Shown: positions 27,490-41,239 of the stretch, piece after piece
Layout: each line of letters begins with the position of its first letter
How positions within the stretch are numbered: the first letter of the stretch is position 1
NCBI GenBank assembly: GCA_036785375.1
Contig: JAWMAR010000551.1
Span: 372,001-436,000, forward strand
From: Leucoraja ocellata
Lineage: Eukaryota
Direction: 5' to 3'
Length of the DNA stretch: 64,000 nt
The notes under the pieces: model-generated
What the model was told of the DNA's origin: nothing
Database searches by the model: none
The model's input: only the letters and a program-made list of their open reading frames with translations
Made by a program: the position numbers and the translations under genes

Positions 27490-28245
27490 GTAACATTACA
27501 AATGGAAAATACCATCAGAATGAATGAATAGAAAAGTAACGTATATCAAATTTGTGCTCTCCCTTAAATCCTGGCTCTTCATAAATGTCCAACCTGGTGA
27601 TACATTAATTTTGTTACATGTGATTCCTTGATCGTACTAAGGGTTGAGAAGCAATGACAGTGAACCACAAATGTATATCTAATCAAAGCCATTGCTCCAT
27701 TCTCTGTTTTAAATGTAAAATATCCCCCTTCAGAAATAACAGATTTTGCATGGCAACTTATCCCAGAGGAATAAAGATGGGAAGAAGAATAGGAGGAATT
27801 ATTATTATTAATTGATAACATACAAAACCTTAAAGGCATTTCCTACAATGAATGGTACATTATTTCTTAATAAACCTGCCATATCTCTATTGTTAATCTT
27901 TCATTGTGAATGCCAGTGACGCTGCCTTGACACTGAAGGCCAGCAAGCTCTAACAACAGCTGCTGCCATCAAAACTAACACAAGGCTAACACAAGGCAAC
28001 ACTCCGTAAATTGTTGCAATACTTCACTTGCAATGATTACTAAGCAGATAATCTAATCTTACAAGAATGGTTATAAACTGCTTAGCTTACATGGTTAAGG
28101 CATCCTTCTCAACAAAACCTGTCAACATATGCTCTTCAAATTCCATTTTTCCATGCCATGTATTTGCATTTCATATTAAACATAGTCCATAGAACAGTAC
28201 AGCACAGGAACAGGTCCATCAGCCCACAAGACAAGACAGAGATAA

Positions 28246-28557
28246 GGCAGCACGGTGGTGCAGAGGAGGAGTTGCTGCCTTACAGCGAATGCAGCACTGG
28301 AGACCCGGGTTCAATTCCGACTACGGGTGCTGTCTGTACGGAGTTTGTACGTTCTCCCCGTGACCTGCGTAGGTTTTCTCCGAGATCTTCGGTTTCCTCC
28401 CACACTCCAAAGACGTACAGGTATGTAGGTTAATTGGCTTGGTAAATGTAAAAATTGTCCCTAGTGGGTGAAGGCAGGGATCACTGCTCGGCACAGACCC
28501 GGTGGGCTGTAGGGCCTGTTTCTGCGCTGTATCTCTAAACTAAACTAAAACTAAAAC
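28246..28557 (+). mobile_element. HE1-like V-SINE
   Basis: GGCAGCACGGTGGTGCAG...GGGTTCAATTCC, V-domain, (CTAAA)n tail. Confidence 0.85.
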
Positions 28558-28649
28558 TTCATCTGTCTGCACATGATTCACACCCCTCCATTCCCTGCAT
28601 ATCAATCCGCCTATCTAAAAGGCTCTTAAACATCACTAACTTACCTGAC

Positions 28650-28856
28650 TAGCAGGGTGAGGGCGAATTGCTATTGCAACATGCAGGACAAGTGCAATTG
28701 GAATTTTTTTAAGAGCGCTGCTGAGGGAGGCAAGGGGAGTGCTGGAATCTTACGTTCGGGAATGGCTTGAGTTGAGGAGCATGCCTTCCCTGGGAGCTAC
28801 GGGTAGGGAACGGGTGCGTTGGTGGAGCAGACCCAATAGGTCTGCACTTGGTCTAG
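28650..28856 (+). mobile_element. Helitron 3' end fragment
   Basis: Hairpin GCAGACC-caata-GGTCTGC followed by ACTTGGTCTAG|T; homologous to the 3' end of 50209-50677. Confidence 0.75.
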
Positions 28857-29449
28857 TCAACTTTAAAATTAGCTCACCTTAAAGCAATGCCCTCTAGTCT
28901 TTGGCATTTCGACCCAGAGAAAAAGGTTCTGACCGTCTACCTGATCTATGCCTCTCGTGATAGAGGCATAGAGTCATAGAGTGATACAATGTGGAAACAG
29001 GCCCTTCAGCCCAACTTACCCACACAGACCAACATGTTCCAGCTACACTAGTCCCACCTGTCTGCGTTTGGTCCATATCCCTACAAACCTGTCCCATCCA
29101 TGTACCTGTCTAACTTGGGATAATCCCAGCCTCAACTACCTCCGCTGGCAGCTCGTTCTATAAATTATCCATACTTCTATCAGGTCTCCCTATAATCTCT
29201 GGCATTTAAGAGAAATCAATCCAAGTTCATCTAAACTCTTCTCATAGCTAACACTCACTAATCCAGACATTTTGATAATCCTCTTCTGCATATTCTCCAA
29301 AGCCTCCACATCATATTGTAATGTGGCACCCAGAACTACATGCAACACTCCAACTGCAGGTAATGAACGTATTACAGAGCTGCATCATGTCTTCCTGGCT
29401 CTTATACAATTATTCTGCACATTTAATTAACCACACCACCGCAGACTGA

Positions 29450-30180
29450 AATTAGCATCTAAAAAGATACAAAAGACTGTACAAAACTCAATGGGCCAGG
29501 CCTCATCTCTGGAGAACACGGATAGGTGACGTTTCAAATTAGGACGTTTCTTCTTCAGGCTAATTGTGAGGGGATAGGGGAGGGGAGGAGATAGCTGGTG
29601 GAGAGGAGAGGCAGACAAAGCGAGGCCAGTAATAGATGGACACAGGCAAAGGGACCTTTTGATACACAGATGGTGGGAACACCGCCAGAGATTTAAGTTG
29701 AATGTGTGAGATAGAGGGATTGAAGTGTTGCAAATTGTGAAGCTAGACAAAGGAATATAGAACGGGAGATGGATAAATTGGTGTGAGTCAGAGCAGGGTA
29801 AAGGGGAGGGGAGTTGTTGGAGCTTACCTAGAATTGTAGAATTCAATGTTTATATTGTTGGAATGTAAGCTACCTAAGCGGAATATGACGTGATGTTCTG
29901 CAAGTTTGCGTGTGGCCTCACCCTGGCCATGGAGGAGGCTCAGGACAAGATGATTAGAGTGGGAATTCAAAGGGGAGTTAAAATGGTTAGGAACCAGGAG
30001 ATCCAGTAGGCCTTGGTGAACCAAGCGCAAGTGTTCAACAAAATGGTCACTGCGGGTATGCTTGGTCTCGCTGATGTCCAGGAGGTCACATTGGGATCAC
30101 CAGATGCAGCAGATGAGTTTAGAGGAGGTGCACACTAACCTCTGTCTCACCTGGAAGAACTGCTGGGATCCTTGAATAGA
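29450..30180 (-). mobile_element. PLE GIY-YIG endonuclease region and terminal repeat (degenerate)
   Basis: The minus strand gives QQFFQVRQRLVCTSSKLICCI..., VPNHFNS and RKLAEHHVIFRLGSLHSNNINIEF. Confidence 0.75.
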
Positions 30181-30870
30181 GCCAGAGTGGTGCGGGTCCT
30201 TGATAATGCTGGCTGCCTTTTTGAGACAGTGCCTCTTGTAGATCCCTACAATGGTGGGGAGATCAGTACCTGTTGTGGACCAGGCAGTGTTCACCACTCT
30301 TTGTAATCTCCTTTATTCCTGGGCATTCTAGTTGTCAAAACAGGCTGTGATGCAACCAGTCAATATGCTCTCTACTATAAACATGTAGAAGTTCAAGAGA
30401 GAATTCATTGACATACTGAATCTCCTCAATCTTCTAATGAAGTAGAGGTTTTGGTTGTTATTTAATGATTGCAACAACGTGCTGGGTCCAAGACAATCAC
30501 ATTTGTGAATACTTGGCTCTCCTCTTCTAAAGTTAACAATCAGTTCCTTCATTTACTGATGTTGAGAGCAAGGTTCTAATTCTAGAACCATTCAATCAGC
30601 CGATCTATCTCCCTCCTATACTCTGACTCATCACAACCTGTAACTCGTCCGACTATGGAGGTGTCATCAGCGAATATAAAGATGGAGTTGGAAGTGTGTC
30701 CGGCCACACAGTCATGGGTTTAGAGTGAGTAGAGCAGGGGGCTGAGCACGCAACCTTGAAGTGCTTCTGTGCTGATGGCTATTGAGGAAGAAGTGTTGTT
30801 GCTAATTTGTACCGATTGTGTTCCACCCAGGAAGAAGTAATGATCCATTTGCAGGGAGATGCAGTTCTCT
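30181..30870 (-). mobile_element. Rex1/Babar-like RT fragment
   Basis: The minus strand gives QGCVLSPLLYSL, FADDT, KELIVNFRR, LYFIRRLRRF and ESILTGCITACF. Confidence 0.8.
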
Positions 30871-31750
30871 GTGCTTGGTAACAAGTTTGGAATGAAGTTT
30901 GGAAGTTAAATGCTGAGATGTAGTCAAAGGCCCTTTCACCAAACCCTGCAAAATAAGTCATGCTAACTCTTTCCATTCATATAGTCATTCAGTGCCCTCA
31001 CAATTGAATTTACCTCTACTTAAATCCAAGCAGTGCATTCCAGTGCCAATTAGTATCATTCTGCTTTGACCTTATAGTTTAAAATATCATGAGTGGAGGG
31101 GGGAACATGGATAATGTGAACAGCTAGAATAGGGGACTAAAACTATGGGGCATAGGTTTAAGGTGAAGAGGGGAAAAGGAGAAGATTTAAAACGAACCTG
31201 AGGAGCAGCTTTATCACATACAGTAGAAGGTTGCGGGTACCTGAGCTGCCTGATGGTACAATTATGACAGTTTAAAGACACTTGGACAGATATACGGTTA
31301 GAAAAGGTTTGGGGGGTAATAGGCAGATGCAGGCAAGTGGGACTGGGTGGGTTAGGCAATATGGTTGGCATGGATGAGTCGGCTTAAGGACCTGTTTTGA
31401 TGCTGTATAACTCTGTGATATCTCCGTGATTGTCACCTTCAGGAGCATCTGAATTGTCTTCATTTTTTCTGAACAGCTGCTTCCCCTTAGTCATTGTTAA
31501 GAGAGCCCTTGACTGCATCTCATCCGTCTCACATCCCTCTGCCCTCAGCTCCTCTTCTGAACTGAATAAGGATAGGGTACCCGTGGTCCTCACGTCCTAC
31601 CCCACCAGCCTCCGCATTCAACAGATCATTCTACACTAATTAAGTCGACAAAGTAGTCTTGGAACTGAAATATTTCTATTCCCTTTCCACAGATGCCATC
31701 TGACATCCTGAGTGTTTCCAGCATTTTCAGTTTTTGTTATCTTTAACTTG

Positions 31751-32050
31751 AGGCAGCGGTAGAGTTGTTGCTTTACAGCACCAGAGATCTGGGTTCGATC
31801 TTGACTACAGGTGCTTTCGGAGTTTGTATGCTCTCTCCGTGACCTATGTGGGTTTTCTCCGGGTGCTCCAGTTTCCTCCTATAATCCAAATATGTGCAGG
31901 TTTGTAGGTTAATTGGCTTTAGTAAAATTGTAAATTGTCCCTAGTGTGCAGGGTAATGCTAGTGTACTGGGTGATTGCTGATCGGAGCGGACTCTGTGGG
32001 CTGAAGAGGCAGTTTCCGCGCTGTACCTCCAAAGTCTAAAAGTCTAAACT
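31751..32050 (+). mobile_element. HE1-like V-SINE
   Basis: B box GGTTCGATC, V-domain, TCTAAA tail. Confidence 0.8.
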
Positions 32051-32914
32051 GATGTTGGTCACACACAATGTTAGACCCTTGCCAAAGGATGCAGCAGCTG
32101 GCAAGCAGCATGCAATTAGTAGGTCCCGAGTGAGTAGGTTAATTATGGCATACATTCTCCAGACCTGCTTAAATGATCTGTGAATTGTACTTTCTTTCCC
32201 ACCCCCTGCCCACCCCCATTGTATCTTAGCATAATGTATGCTGGCATTAGGAGAAAATCTCATTGTTACTCTGAATTCAGGGATATGTCTGCAGAACAGA
32301 GAAAGCTTCTCACTATTGTCACCAAGGTCACATGAGTTTTTATATTCAGTATCATATTCAGCAGCTGAATGCTTCATCCCAGAATTGTTTTAAAAAATCT
32401 CCTTATAAGCACTGAACGTGATAGATGATTCCTACAGAACCGATGAATCTTAATGGCTTTTGCACCAGCTATTCTCAACTAATGTTGTTTTCCCATCAGT
32501 TGTTTTTAAAATTTCATTAATCTTTATGTTTCACCTGATGATTTATGGGCAGTAAGTGCCTTGTCGCAGATCTCTCCTTGACTCCTGTCAGGACAATGTC
32601 CACTTTGTGCTACCTGTATAATCTTTCAGCCATCAGGATGGTATTCGTGCCTGCAATCAATTTTCCTCATTCATAGCAAGGCAGAAACAGGCATTCAATC
32701 CCCCAAGCCTGGTCCACCAGTCAATTAGATTAATGCTGATCTCTATCTGAAAGCCATTTGCCTGCTTTGGTTCCATAACCCAAAATATCCCTGCCTAACA
32801 AAAACTTATCTATTCCGGGTTACATTTTCCAATGACACCACTCTTTAAAGGTGAGACGATGAAAATACTCCAAAATAGCACAGAAATTGGAATTGCTGGT
32901 AAGATGTGTCACCA

Positions 32915-33757
32915 TCTATAAAAGTGTGTTTTTTTGTGTTTTTTGGTGTTTTTTATGTGGGGGAAGAGGGCACGGTGCGGGGGATACCGTCCTTCAGCCG
33001 CTTCCTGGTGAGGACGCGACTATTATTCGAGTCGCGTCCTCCCCCCCCCCCCTCCCCCCACAGCGGCCTACCTACCTGGATTGGCGCGGCCTTTCCTGCC
33101 GGGATCGACCGGAGCTCCAGCAGCGGCGGGACAGCGCTGGAACATCGCGGGGCTGGTGATGCCTTACCGGGGGTCGCCGTTTGGAGCCCGGAGTGCTGGA
33201 CCTGCTGCACCAACATCACGGAGCTGCGGTTTGCAGAGCTCCCAACGCGGGCGGCGCTGACTAATCAACGCGGGGTCCTGCGACTCTGCCCGGCTCGGCC
33301 TGCGGACTCAGGAGCTGCAGACTCCGGCAGCGGGAGGCGGCTGATCAGGAGGTCCGGGCCGCTGAGGAGGAGGATGCTCACCGTCGGGGTTCGGCGTCGG
33401 CGTTCCACCAGCCCGGCGTGAGGGCCTGAACATCGGGCCACCCGGGGCGGCGACTGCGGGTGCTTGGAAGGCCCCGACCACGGATGAACACGGAGGGGAG
33501 GCTGGCTGGACTATGGTGCCGTCCTCACCTGGGTGCCATTTATGTTATGTTGTGTCGTGGACTTCTGTATTTGTGCTTTTTTTTTAAAATTTTAATTCAA
33601 TTTCAATTTTATTTTTAATATGTTTTATTATTTCTTTATTATTTATTTTTATAATTTCTTTGTGATTTTTTTTAATGATACTGCCTGTAAGGAAAATTCA
33701 TTTCGTTGTCTCAAATTGAGACAATGACAATAAATTTGAATACAATACAATACAATA
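32915..33757 (+). mobile_element. GC-rich non-coding retroposon-like element, copy 1 (Rex-like tail)
   Basis: T-rich lead, GGGGGATAC, 12-bp hairpin at 33010-33041, GCGGCCTACC. The 3' end is CATTTCGTTGTCTC...GAGACAATGACAATAAA plus (TACAA)n. Confidence 0.65.
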
Positions 33758-34189
33758 ATTTATGGTGCACTGGTCAAATCAAATTAGAAGATGAACATCA
33801 TATTCATTCCGAATATGATGTTCATTCATGAATATGATGGAGATAATATGGGATTTATTTCAAAGATTTGATGCACGCTCCCAGAAACTAATTAAAATAC
33901 TTTGAAATCATTAAGACTAATCAAGACTGTACTTGCTCCCCACTACAAAGTCATATTGTGACGGGGCCAATAGATCACTCCCTGATCCAAGTGGCCATTC
34001 ATTTTAATTCACCTGGCCATCACCACTGTGATTGGTATCTATTGCTATCCCAGACAGCCCAATGTTACCTACTGATCAATGCTGTATGTTGCAGTTTCTT
34101 TGAACCTGAAACGTTAACTCTGTTTTTCTTTCACGAAGCGGAAACAGGCCCTTTGGCCCCACAATCTAACACTATCCTACATGCTAGAG

Positions 34190-34392
34190 ATGATTTACAA
34201 TTATGCCAAGCCAATTAACCTACAAACCTGTGCATCTTCGGAGTGTGGGTGGAAACCGGAGCACCCGGAGAAAACCCACACAAGTCATGGGGAAAACAGA
34301 CAAATCCGTACAGACAGCACCCCCTGTCAGAATCAAATCCAAGTCACTGTCTATGTAAGGCAGCAACTCCACCACTGCGCTGTTGTGTCGCC
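34190..34392 (-). mobile_element. HE1-like V-SINE (degenerate)
   Basis: Reverse complement of the V-domain: GGAAACCGGAGCACCCGGAGAAAACCCAC. Confidence 0.7.
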
Positions 34393-35899
34393 ATGAATCA
34401 GAGTGTGGAAACAGACCTTCGGCCCACCTCGTCCATGATGACAAAGATGCACATCTACACAAGTCTCATTTGCTCGTGTTTGACCCATATTCTCCTCACC
34501 TTTCTTATCCATTTAGCTGTCTAAACGCCCTTTAAAAGAGACATTGCTTGATTTGCGGAGTCTTTCTGGCATTTTAATTTTATTTCAGAACTCTGCAGTA
34601 TCTGCAGTTTTTTGATTTTCAATCACTGAACAATTATTTGCTGTGTATTTCATATAGGTAATGCAAGTGCTTTATTGAGGTCCTGCACCAGACTTAAAAA
34701 ATGTGTGCTGGCAGGCTAATTCACCATGGACGGTGTCACCACTCAGTCTGCTTATGATCCACAAAGGTGACACATTTTGATCTTCAGTGAGAGCTCTCCA
34801 GTGACTAAATGGAAAGAAGATGGAATCAGATGCACGTGCAATTCATCACCATCTGTCTGCTGCCCAGCTGAAGTTGAACATTCCCAGAAGAGATCATTTA
34901 AAAGCAATTTAAGAAAGTGAACTGTGGCTGATTTTTCATGGACTGATTTGTCCCCTTCCCCACCCAGAGGTGAGGATTCCTACAGTAAATCCTAGCACCA
35001 TTCCAGCTAATGATCAGAGAAATCAACACATCACCATATAACCATATAACAATTACAGCACGGAAACAGGCCATCTCGGCCCTACAAGTCCGTGCCGAAC
35101 AACTTTTTTCCCTTAGTCCCGCCTGCCTGCACTCATACCATAACCCTCCATTCCCTTCTCATCCATATGCCTATCCAATTTATTTTTAAATGATACCAAC
35201 GAACCTGCCTCCACCACTTCCACTGGAAGCTCATTCCACACCGCTACCACTCTGAGTAAAGAAGTTCCCCCTCATGTCACAGGTTGAGTTTAGACGGATG
35301 AGGCGGGGCCTCATTGAAACTTACCAAATAGTGCAAGGCCTGGATAGAGTGGATGTGGAGAGGATGTTTCCACTAGGGGGAAAGTCTTGGACCAGAAGCC
35401 AAAGCCTCAGAATAAAAGGACGCATGGTTGGAGAGGAGATGAGGAGAATTTCTTTAGTCAGAGGGTGGTGAATCTGTAGAATTTATTGCCATAGACTGCT
35501 GTGGAGGCCGTCAATTGATATTTTTAAGGCAGATTGACAGATTATTGGTTTGTACGGGTGTCAGAGGTTATGGGGAGAAGGCAGGAGAATGGGGTTCAGA
35601 AGGAAAGATAGACCAGCCATGATTGGATGGTGGAGTAGACTTGATGTGCTGAATGGCCCAATTCTGCTCCTATAATTTATGAACTTATGTATGGCCCTGT
35701 AGGTTCCATAGTTCAGATCCACCCCACATCTAGAATTCATCCACTGACGGAACCTAAAGTCATACCATCATTGCATTACAGAAATAGGAGCTTCTTCCCA
35801 CTGAACCGCAACGACCTTAAGGTGCCATCGAACCTAAACCTATTTTATTCTCTCACCGTCCCATTGATGCACAGACCAAGTTAAGGAAGGTACAGGAAA

Positions 35900-38125
35900 A
35901 TATCCATGATTGCTTGGAGTTAGTAGCTTGGGAGATATTCAAGGGCTCAGCAACAGACCTGAATGAATACATCACGATTGTTACCGACTTCATAAGGAAA
36001 TGTGTGGAGGAAAGTGTTTTCACCAACACCATCCATGTGTTCCCTAACCAGAAATCCTGGATGAACCAGGACGTTTACCATCAACAGTGGAACAGATCTT
36101 GGTCATTCAAGTCTGGCGATGCAGGTTCATGTAGGACATCCAGGTACATCCTCGATAAAGCCATCAGAAATGTGAAGAGACACTTTTGCTCCAAATTGCA
36201 GGATGAGACAGACATTTGGCAGCCGTGGCTGGGCTTGCACACCGTAACTTCCTACAAGGCAAAACCAAGTGGTGTACCTGGCCATGTTCTTAAAACCTGT
36301 ACGGAAGAACTGACTGGAGCCTATGTGGACATCTTCAAACCCTCATTACAAAGGTCTGAGGTTTCCCATTTGCCATGAATGGGCATCAATAATACTGGTG
36401 CCTAAGAAGAGTAAGGTGAGGCCAGTTCATTGGCTATATTTAAGAGGGAGTTGGATGTGGCCCTTGTGGCTAAAGGGATCAGGGGATATGGAGAGAAGGC
36501 AGGTACAGGATACCGAGTTGGATGATCAGCCATGACTGATCATCCTGAATGGCGGTGCAGGCTCGAAGGGCCGAATGGCCTACTCCTGCACCTATTTTCT
36601 ATGTTTCTATGTGACATGCCTCAATGACTCCAGACTGGTGGCACTACCAATCATGGTGATCAAGTGGTTGGTTATGGGGCACATCAACTCCTCCTACCTT
36701 AGCAAGAACCCTAGATCAACTATAAATTCCCCACTATCACAATAGATCAACGGGGATGCGATCTTGCTCTCTCCCCACTTTGCACTGGACCACTTGGATG
36801 ATAAGAACATATATGTCAGGCTGTTGTTTATTGACTACAGATCAGAATTCAACAGCATCATCCCCTCCATACTTCACATATATTACATTCATGGAACTGG
36901 GTCTTTGCTCATCCCTGTGCAACTGGATCCTTAACTTCCTCATCAGCAGACCATAATCAGTATGAATAGGCAACAACACTTCCTCCTCGTTAACCATCAG
37001 CAAAGGGGAACTTCAAGGATGTGTGCTAAGTGATCCAAAACTTAGTGGTTTTGCAGATAGTGAATATGGTGATGAAAGATTGCAGCAGGATCTGGATCAA
37101 TTGGCCAGGTTGGTTGATGCAATTTAATACAGAAACGTGTGTGGTGTTGCTTTTTGGGACGTCGAACAAGGGCAGGACCTATACAGTAAATGGTAGGCCT
37201 CTTGGTAATGTTGTAGAGCAGGGGGATCTCGTAGCAAGGTTCATTGAAAGTCGAGCGCAGGTGGATAAGGTGGCTTTTGGCACATTAGCCTTTATCAGTC
37301 AAGAGTATTGAGTATAGAAGTTGGGAGGTCATGTTGCAGTTGTGTAAGATGTTGGTGAGACCGCATTTAGAATATTGTGTTCAGTTCTGGGCACCATGTT
37401 ATAGGAAAGATATTGTCAAGCTTGAAAGGGTTCAGAAAAAATTTACGAGGATGTTGCCAGGACTAGCGGGTGTGAGCTATAGGGAGAGGTTGAGTAGTCT
37501 GGGTCTCTATTCCATGGAGCGCAGGAGGATGAGGGGAGAGCTTATAGAGATATGCAAAATCATGAGAAGAATAGATTGGGTAGGTGCACAGTCTTTTGCC
37601 CAGATTAGGGGAATCGAGGACCAGAGGATACAGGTTCAAGGTGAAGGAGAAAAGATTTAATAGGAATCCGAGGGGTAACTTTTTCACACAAAGCGTGATG
37701 GATCTATGGAACAAGCTGCCAGAGGAGGTAGTTGGGGCTGGGACTATCCCATCATTTAAGAAATAATTAGACAGGTACATGGGTAGGACAGGTTTGGAGG
37801 GAAATGGACCAAACGCAGGCAAGTGGCTCTAGTGTAGTTAGGACATTGTTGGCCGGTGTGGGTGACTTGAGCCGAAGGGCCTGTTTCCACTTTGTATCGC
37901 TCTTTGACTCTATGACTCTAAACCCCCTGTTCTACTCACTCTATGGACATGACTGTGTAAATTCACTGATGATACCACCGTTGTTGGATAAATTATGGGT
38001 AATGAGTCAGAGTATATGAGGGAGATTGATAATCACATTGAATTGTAACCCACACTTCTTCAGGATGTGAGAAGAAACCAGAGCACCTTGCTCTCAATGT
38101 CAACAAGATCAAGGAACTGATTGTA
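35900..38125 (+). mobile_element. Rex1/Babar-like LINE interrupted by two CR1 insertions
   Basis: VTDFIRKCVE...FPNQKSWM, ILVPKKSKV | VTCLND, LCNWILNFLISRP and QGCVL | PLFYSLY.HDC. The breaks are at about 36420-36611 and 37030-37920. Confidence 0.8.
37030..37920 (+). mobile_element. CR1-like LINE 3' portion
   Basis: LVRPHLEYCVQFWAPCYRKDIVKLERVQKKFTRMLPG; (TATGAC)-type tail. Confidence 0.9.
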
Positions 38126-39429
38126 GAAAGAAGTGCAGATTGTATTTATAAAATATATTTTCAGGGTCTGACTGTCACTGCTATGCCTGCATTTATTGCC
38201 AATCGTTATTTGGAGATTGCAACCTTCATGTGGTCCACCCTGTTTCGACTAATGCAATCAACCCGATGTGCACAAATAATTAGATCAAATAGAACAAGTT
38301 GACTTAAAACTTTAGGCTGTGCACGCCATACACAAGAAGAAGATTTGCCCCTGCGAATGTAATGGTGAGCATTATTGAACCACTGGAGTCCTCCAGTTTA
38401 ACATGTTTGCACAATATTAAGGGGACAGTTTCAGGATTTAGGCCCAACTATGATGAAGGACTGGTGATACATTTTCAAGTCAAATTTGTACCTCGGAGGG
38501 CAGCCTGAAAGAAATTGTGTTCCCATGCTTCCACTGCCCATATCCTTCTTGGTGGGAGAAGTACAACTACACCCAAGGGGAAAAATAAGGTAGAAGATAC
38601 AGACATTTATGGAGAGAATTCCAGTAATACAGTTATAGAAATAAACAGCACTATCCATCAACTACCCATTTTCATTCATCTTACATTAATCCCATTTTTG
38701 ATTCTCCCTAAAATTCCCCCCAAACACCCCCAAAATTGTATTACTCACCTATACACTCAGGGCTATTTACAGTGGTCAATTAACCTACCAACCCACACTT
38801 CTTCAGGATGTGAGAAGAAGCCAGAGCACCTGAACAAACTGCAATTGGTCACAGGGAGAGCACACAAAGTCCACGCAGACTGCACTTGAGGACTGGATTG
38901 AAACTGGTCTCCGACACTATGGAATGATGGCTCCTTTAGTTGAACACAATATTAAAAGTGGGCAGCGTTGTTTCTCTGGTTCCTAGAAACATTAAAACAA
39001 TATTCTCAGTCTTTAGCCCAATTTCTTTCTCCAAAGCATGGAAGAAAAGTTATATTTCTTATTATAAATATACTGTAGGCACACGTTCATTTCAAAATTA
39101 CATTTGGTGGAATGACAGACATATTATCCGTTTCACTGGAGCAACAGAGGTCACTTAATAATAACAACTCAACAATACCCCTTTGACCCACTAATTATAT
39201 CCCATTTCTCTAAAGCACCACGGGCTGCGAGAAACTTTATTAATTTTATTAATAGAAACAATTAACTCTTTTGGGATGGAGGCACGTGCCCCGAAAGAGC
39301 TTGCGCCACACGCAATGCCTTCTGTGGTCGTCCAGTGCGTTCCCATAATTTTGTCTGGATTTAAGGAGGTGCCAGACCATCAGTTGCCAGAATATTGGTG
39401 ATGGACCTGTATAAGGTTTTTGAATTGAC

Positions 39430-40160
39430 CCAGTCCCGTTATCCGAGTTTGGACCATATCCCTCTAAATCTTTCCTATCCAAGTCCCTTAAATGTTGCCA
39501 TTGTATCTGCAGCTACAGCTTACTCTGGTAGTTACTTCCTTATGCACATCACCCACTGCATGGAATAATTTACTCCTCAGGCCACTTTTAAATCTTTTCC
39601 CTCACACCATAAACCTATGCCCTCTAGTTCTGAACTCCTCTACTCTGGGAAAAAGATGTGACCATTCACTTTATCTATGCCACTAATGATTTTGTATACC
39701 TCTGTAAGGTCACCCCTTACCCCTTTACACTCTAAAGTCCCAGTTTACTCAGCCACTCCTTATAAATCAATCCCTTGAGTTCTGGTAACATCCTGGTCAT
39801 TTTTTCTGCAACCTTTCCAGCTAATGATATAATTCCTTTAACAAAGCAGCCAGAAAAGTGCACAATACTCCTAGTGTAATCTCATCAACATTTGAACAGA
39901 TGTAGCATGACATCCCAGTTCCTGTACTCATACTCTTACTGGTGAAAGGAAGTGTACCAGATGCCTTCTTCACCACCCTGTCTACCCGAGTCACCATTAT
40001 CAGAGAACGGTGTGTCTATACATTCAGGTCTCCCTGGTCTACAACACTCCCCGGAGCCTTGCCAGTGTAAGTCCTGTCGTAGTTTGACTTATCAAAATGC
40101 ATCATCTTACACTTATCAGAGATAAATTCCATCTGCCATTGTTTGGCCCACTTCCTTTTA
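39430..40160 (-). mobile_element. Degenerate CR1 3' region
   Basis: Reverse-complement similarity to the other CR1 3' ends (CCATATCCCTCTAAA, AAACCTATGCCCTCTAG, CACAATACTCC). Confidence 0.7.
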
Positions 40161-40400
40161 ATAATACAAGTATGATAGGGAAAACAGCTAAAATGTATTC
40201 TGAAGTTTGCATACGTGGTTGTGGTTTATACTGGTCTGCCTGCTCCCACACCCACTTCTAGCAGCCTTCCCTTCCATGAGGAAGACTGCCTCACCTGAAA
40301 GAACAGTCAGGATTCCTGGACATAGTCGAGAGAGCAGGTGTTGTATCTCCTGCGGATGCAGGGGAACCTGTATCCCCCTTTCCTCTTTTCCCTGAATCTC

Positions 40401-40436
40401 AGTCTGAAGAAGGGTCTCGACCCGAAACGTCACCTA
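40401..40436 (+). ncRNA. Minimal hammerhead ribozyme motif in a PLE terminal repeat (best-preserved copy)
   Basis: CTGAAGA (40404-40410), A, stem II GGGTC-tc-GACCC, GAAAC, then GTC as the candidate cleavage triplet (40429-40431). Stem III is reduced to palindromic ACGT. Confidence 0.6.
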
Positions 40437-40999
40437 TTCCTTTTCTCCAGTGATGCTGCCTGTCTCGCTGAGTTACTCCAGCCTTTTATGTCTGTCTTCG
40501 GTTTAAACAAGCATCTACATTTTCTCCCTAAACATTTTCTCCCTAAACATTTCATACAGAGACGTTCGCAAATTCTGTCTACACACACTTACACGGTGAT
40601 GAAAGGAGTGATGGCAGATAGTAACGCCTTTCACAGGGAGTGTGTGCATTCAAAAGGGATTAATTTTCAACTAACATTAATGTCAGTACTAAAACTGACA
40701 TTGGACTTTCGCCGCTGTTACACACATGCACAGGTTCCTGAATTCTGACTCGGGGTAACGAGAAAAGAAAGGCACTACTGAGTTCCCTCATATGCGTGGA
40801 ACCTTTTCGAACTAAGAGGAAGTATAACATGTGACTCGCAAATGCACTGGTGCTAGGCATTACGTACACCCCGCAGAGTAAAACTTCCTCCATGCATTCA
40901 GGGAAGTTAGGCTGTGAAGTTGTCAGCAAAAGTGCCGTGAACTTTGCTATAGGTGCTCCGGGCAGCGGAGGACGGTCCATCCCGGGCCGGACAGTGGGT

Positions 41000-41119
41000 C
41001 ACCCCGTCCCCTATCACTCACCTGTCCCCTGTCACTCACCTGTCCCCTGTCACTCACCTGTGTCCTATCAGTCACCTGTGTCCTATCAGTCACCTGTCCC
41101 CTATCACTCACCTGTCCCT
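41000..41119. repeat. 18-bp minisatellite (~6.7 units) upstream of the SLC46-like exon
   Basis: Unit TCACCTGT(C/G)(C/T)CCT(A/G)TCA(C/G). Confidence 0.9.
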
Positions 41120-41239
41120 CCCCCAGCTCCATTTACCCGTGGCCCGATGCAGGGACTGGCTGCAGGTGGCTTCCAACACCCACCTTGCCCTCGCCCTCGC
41201 CCTCGCCCTCGCCCTCGCTGGACACTTTAAAGCGTTGGA

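Noticed and set aside
32036-32377. 113-aa minus-strand ORF
   Set aside because: No recognisable homology, and it ends in a SINE tail.
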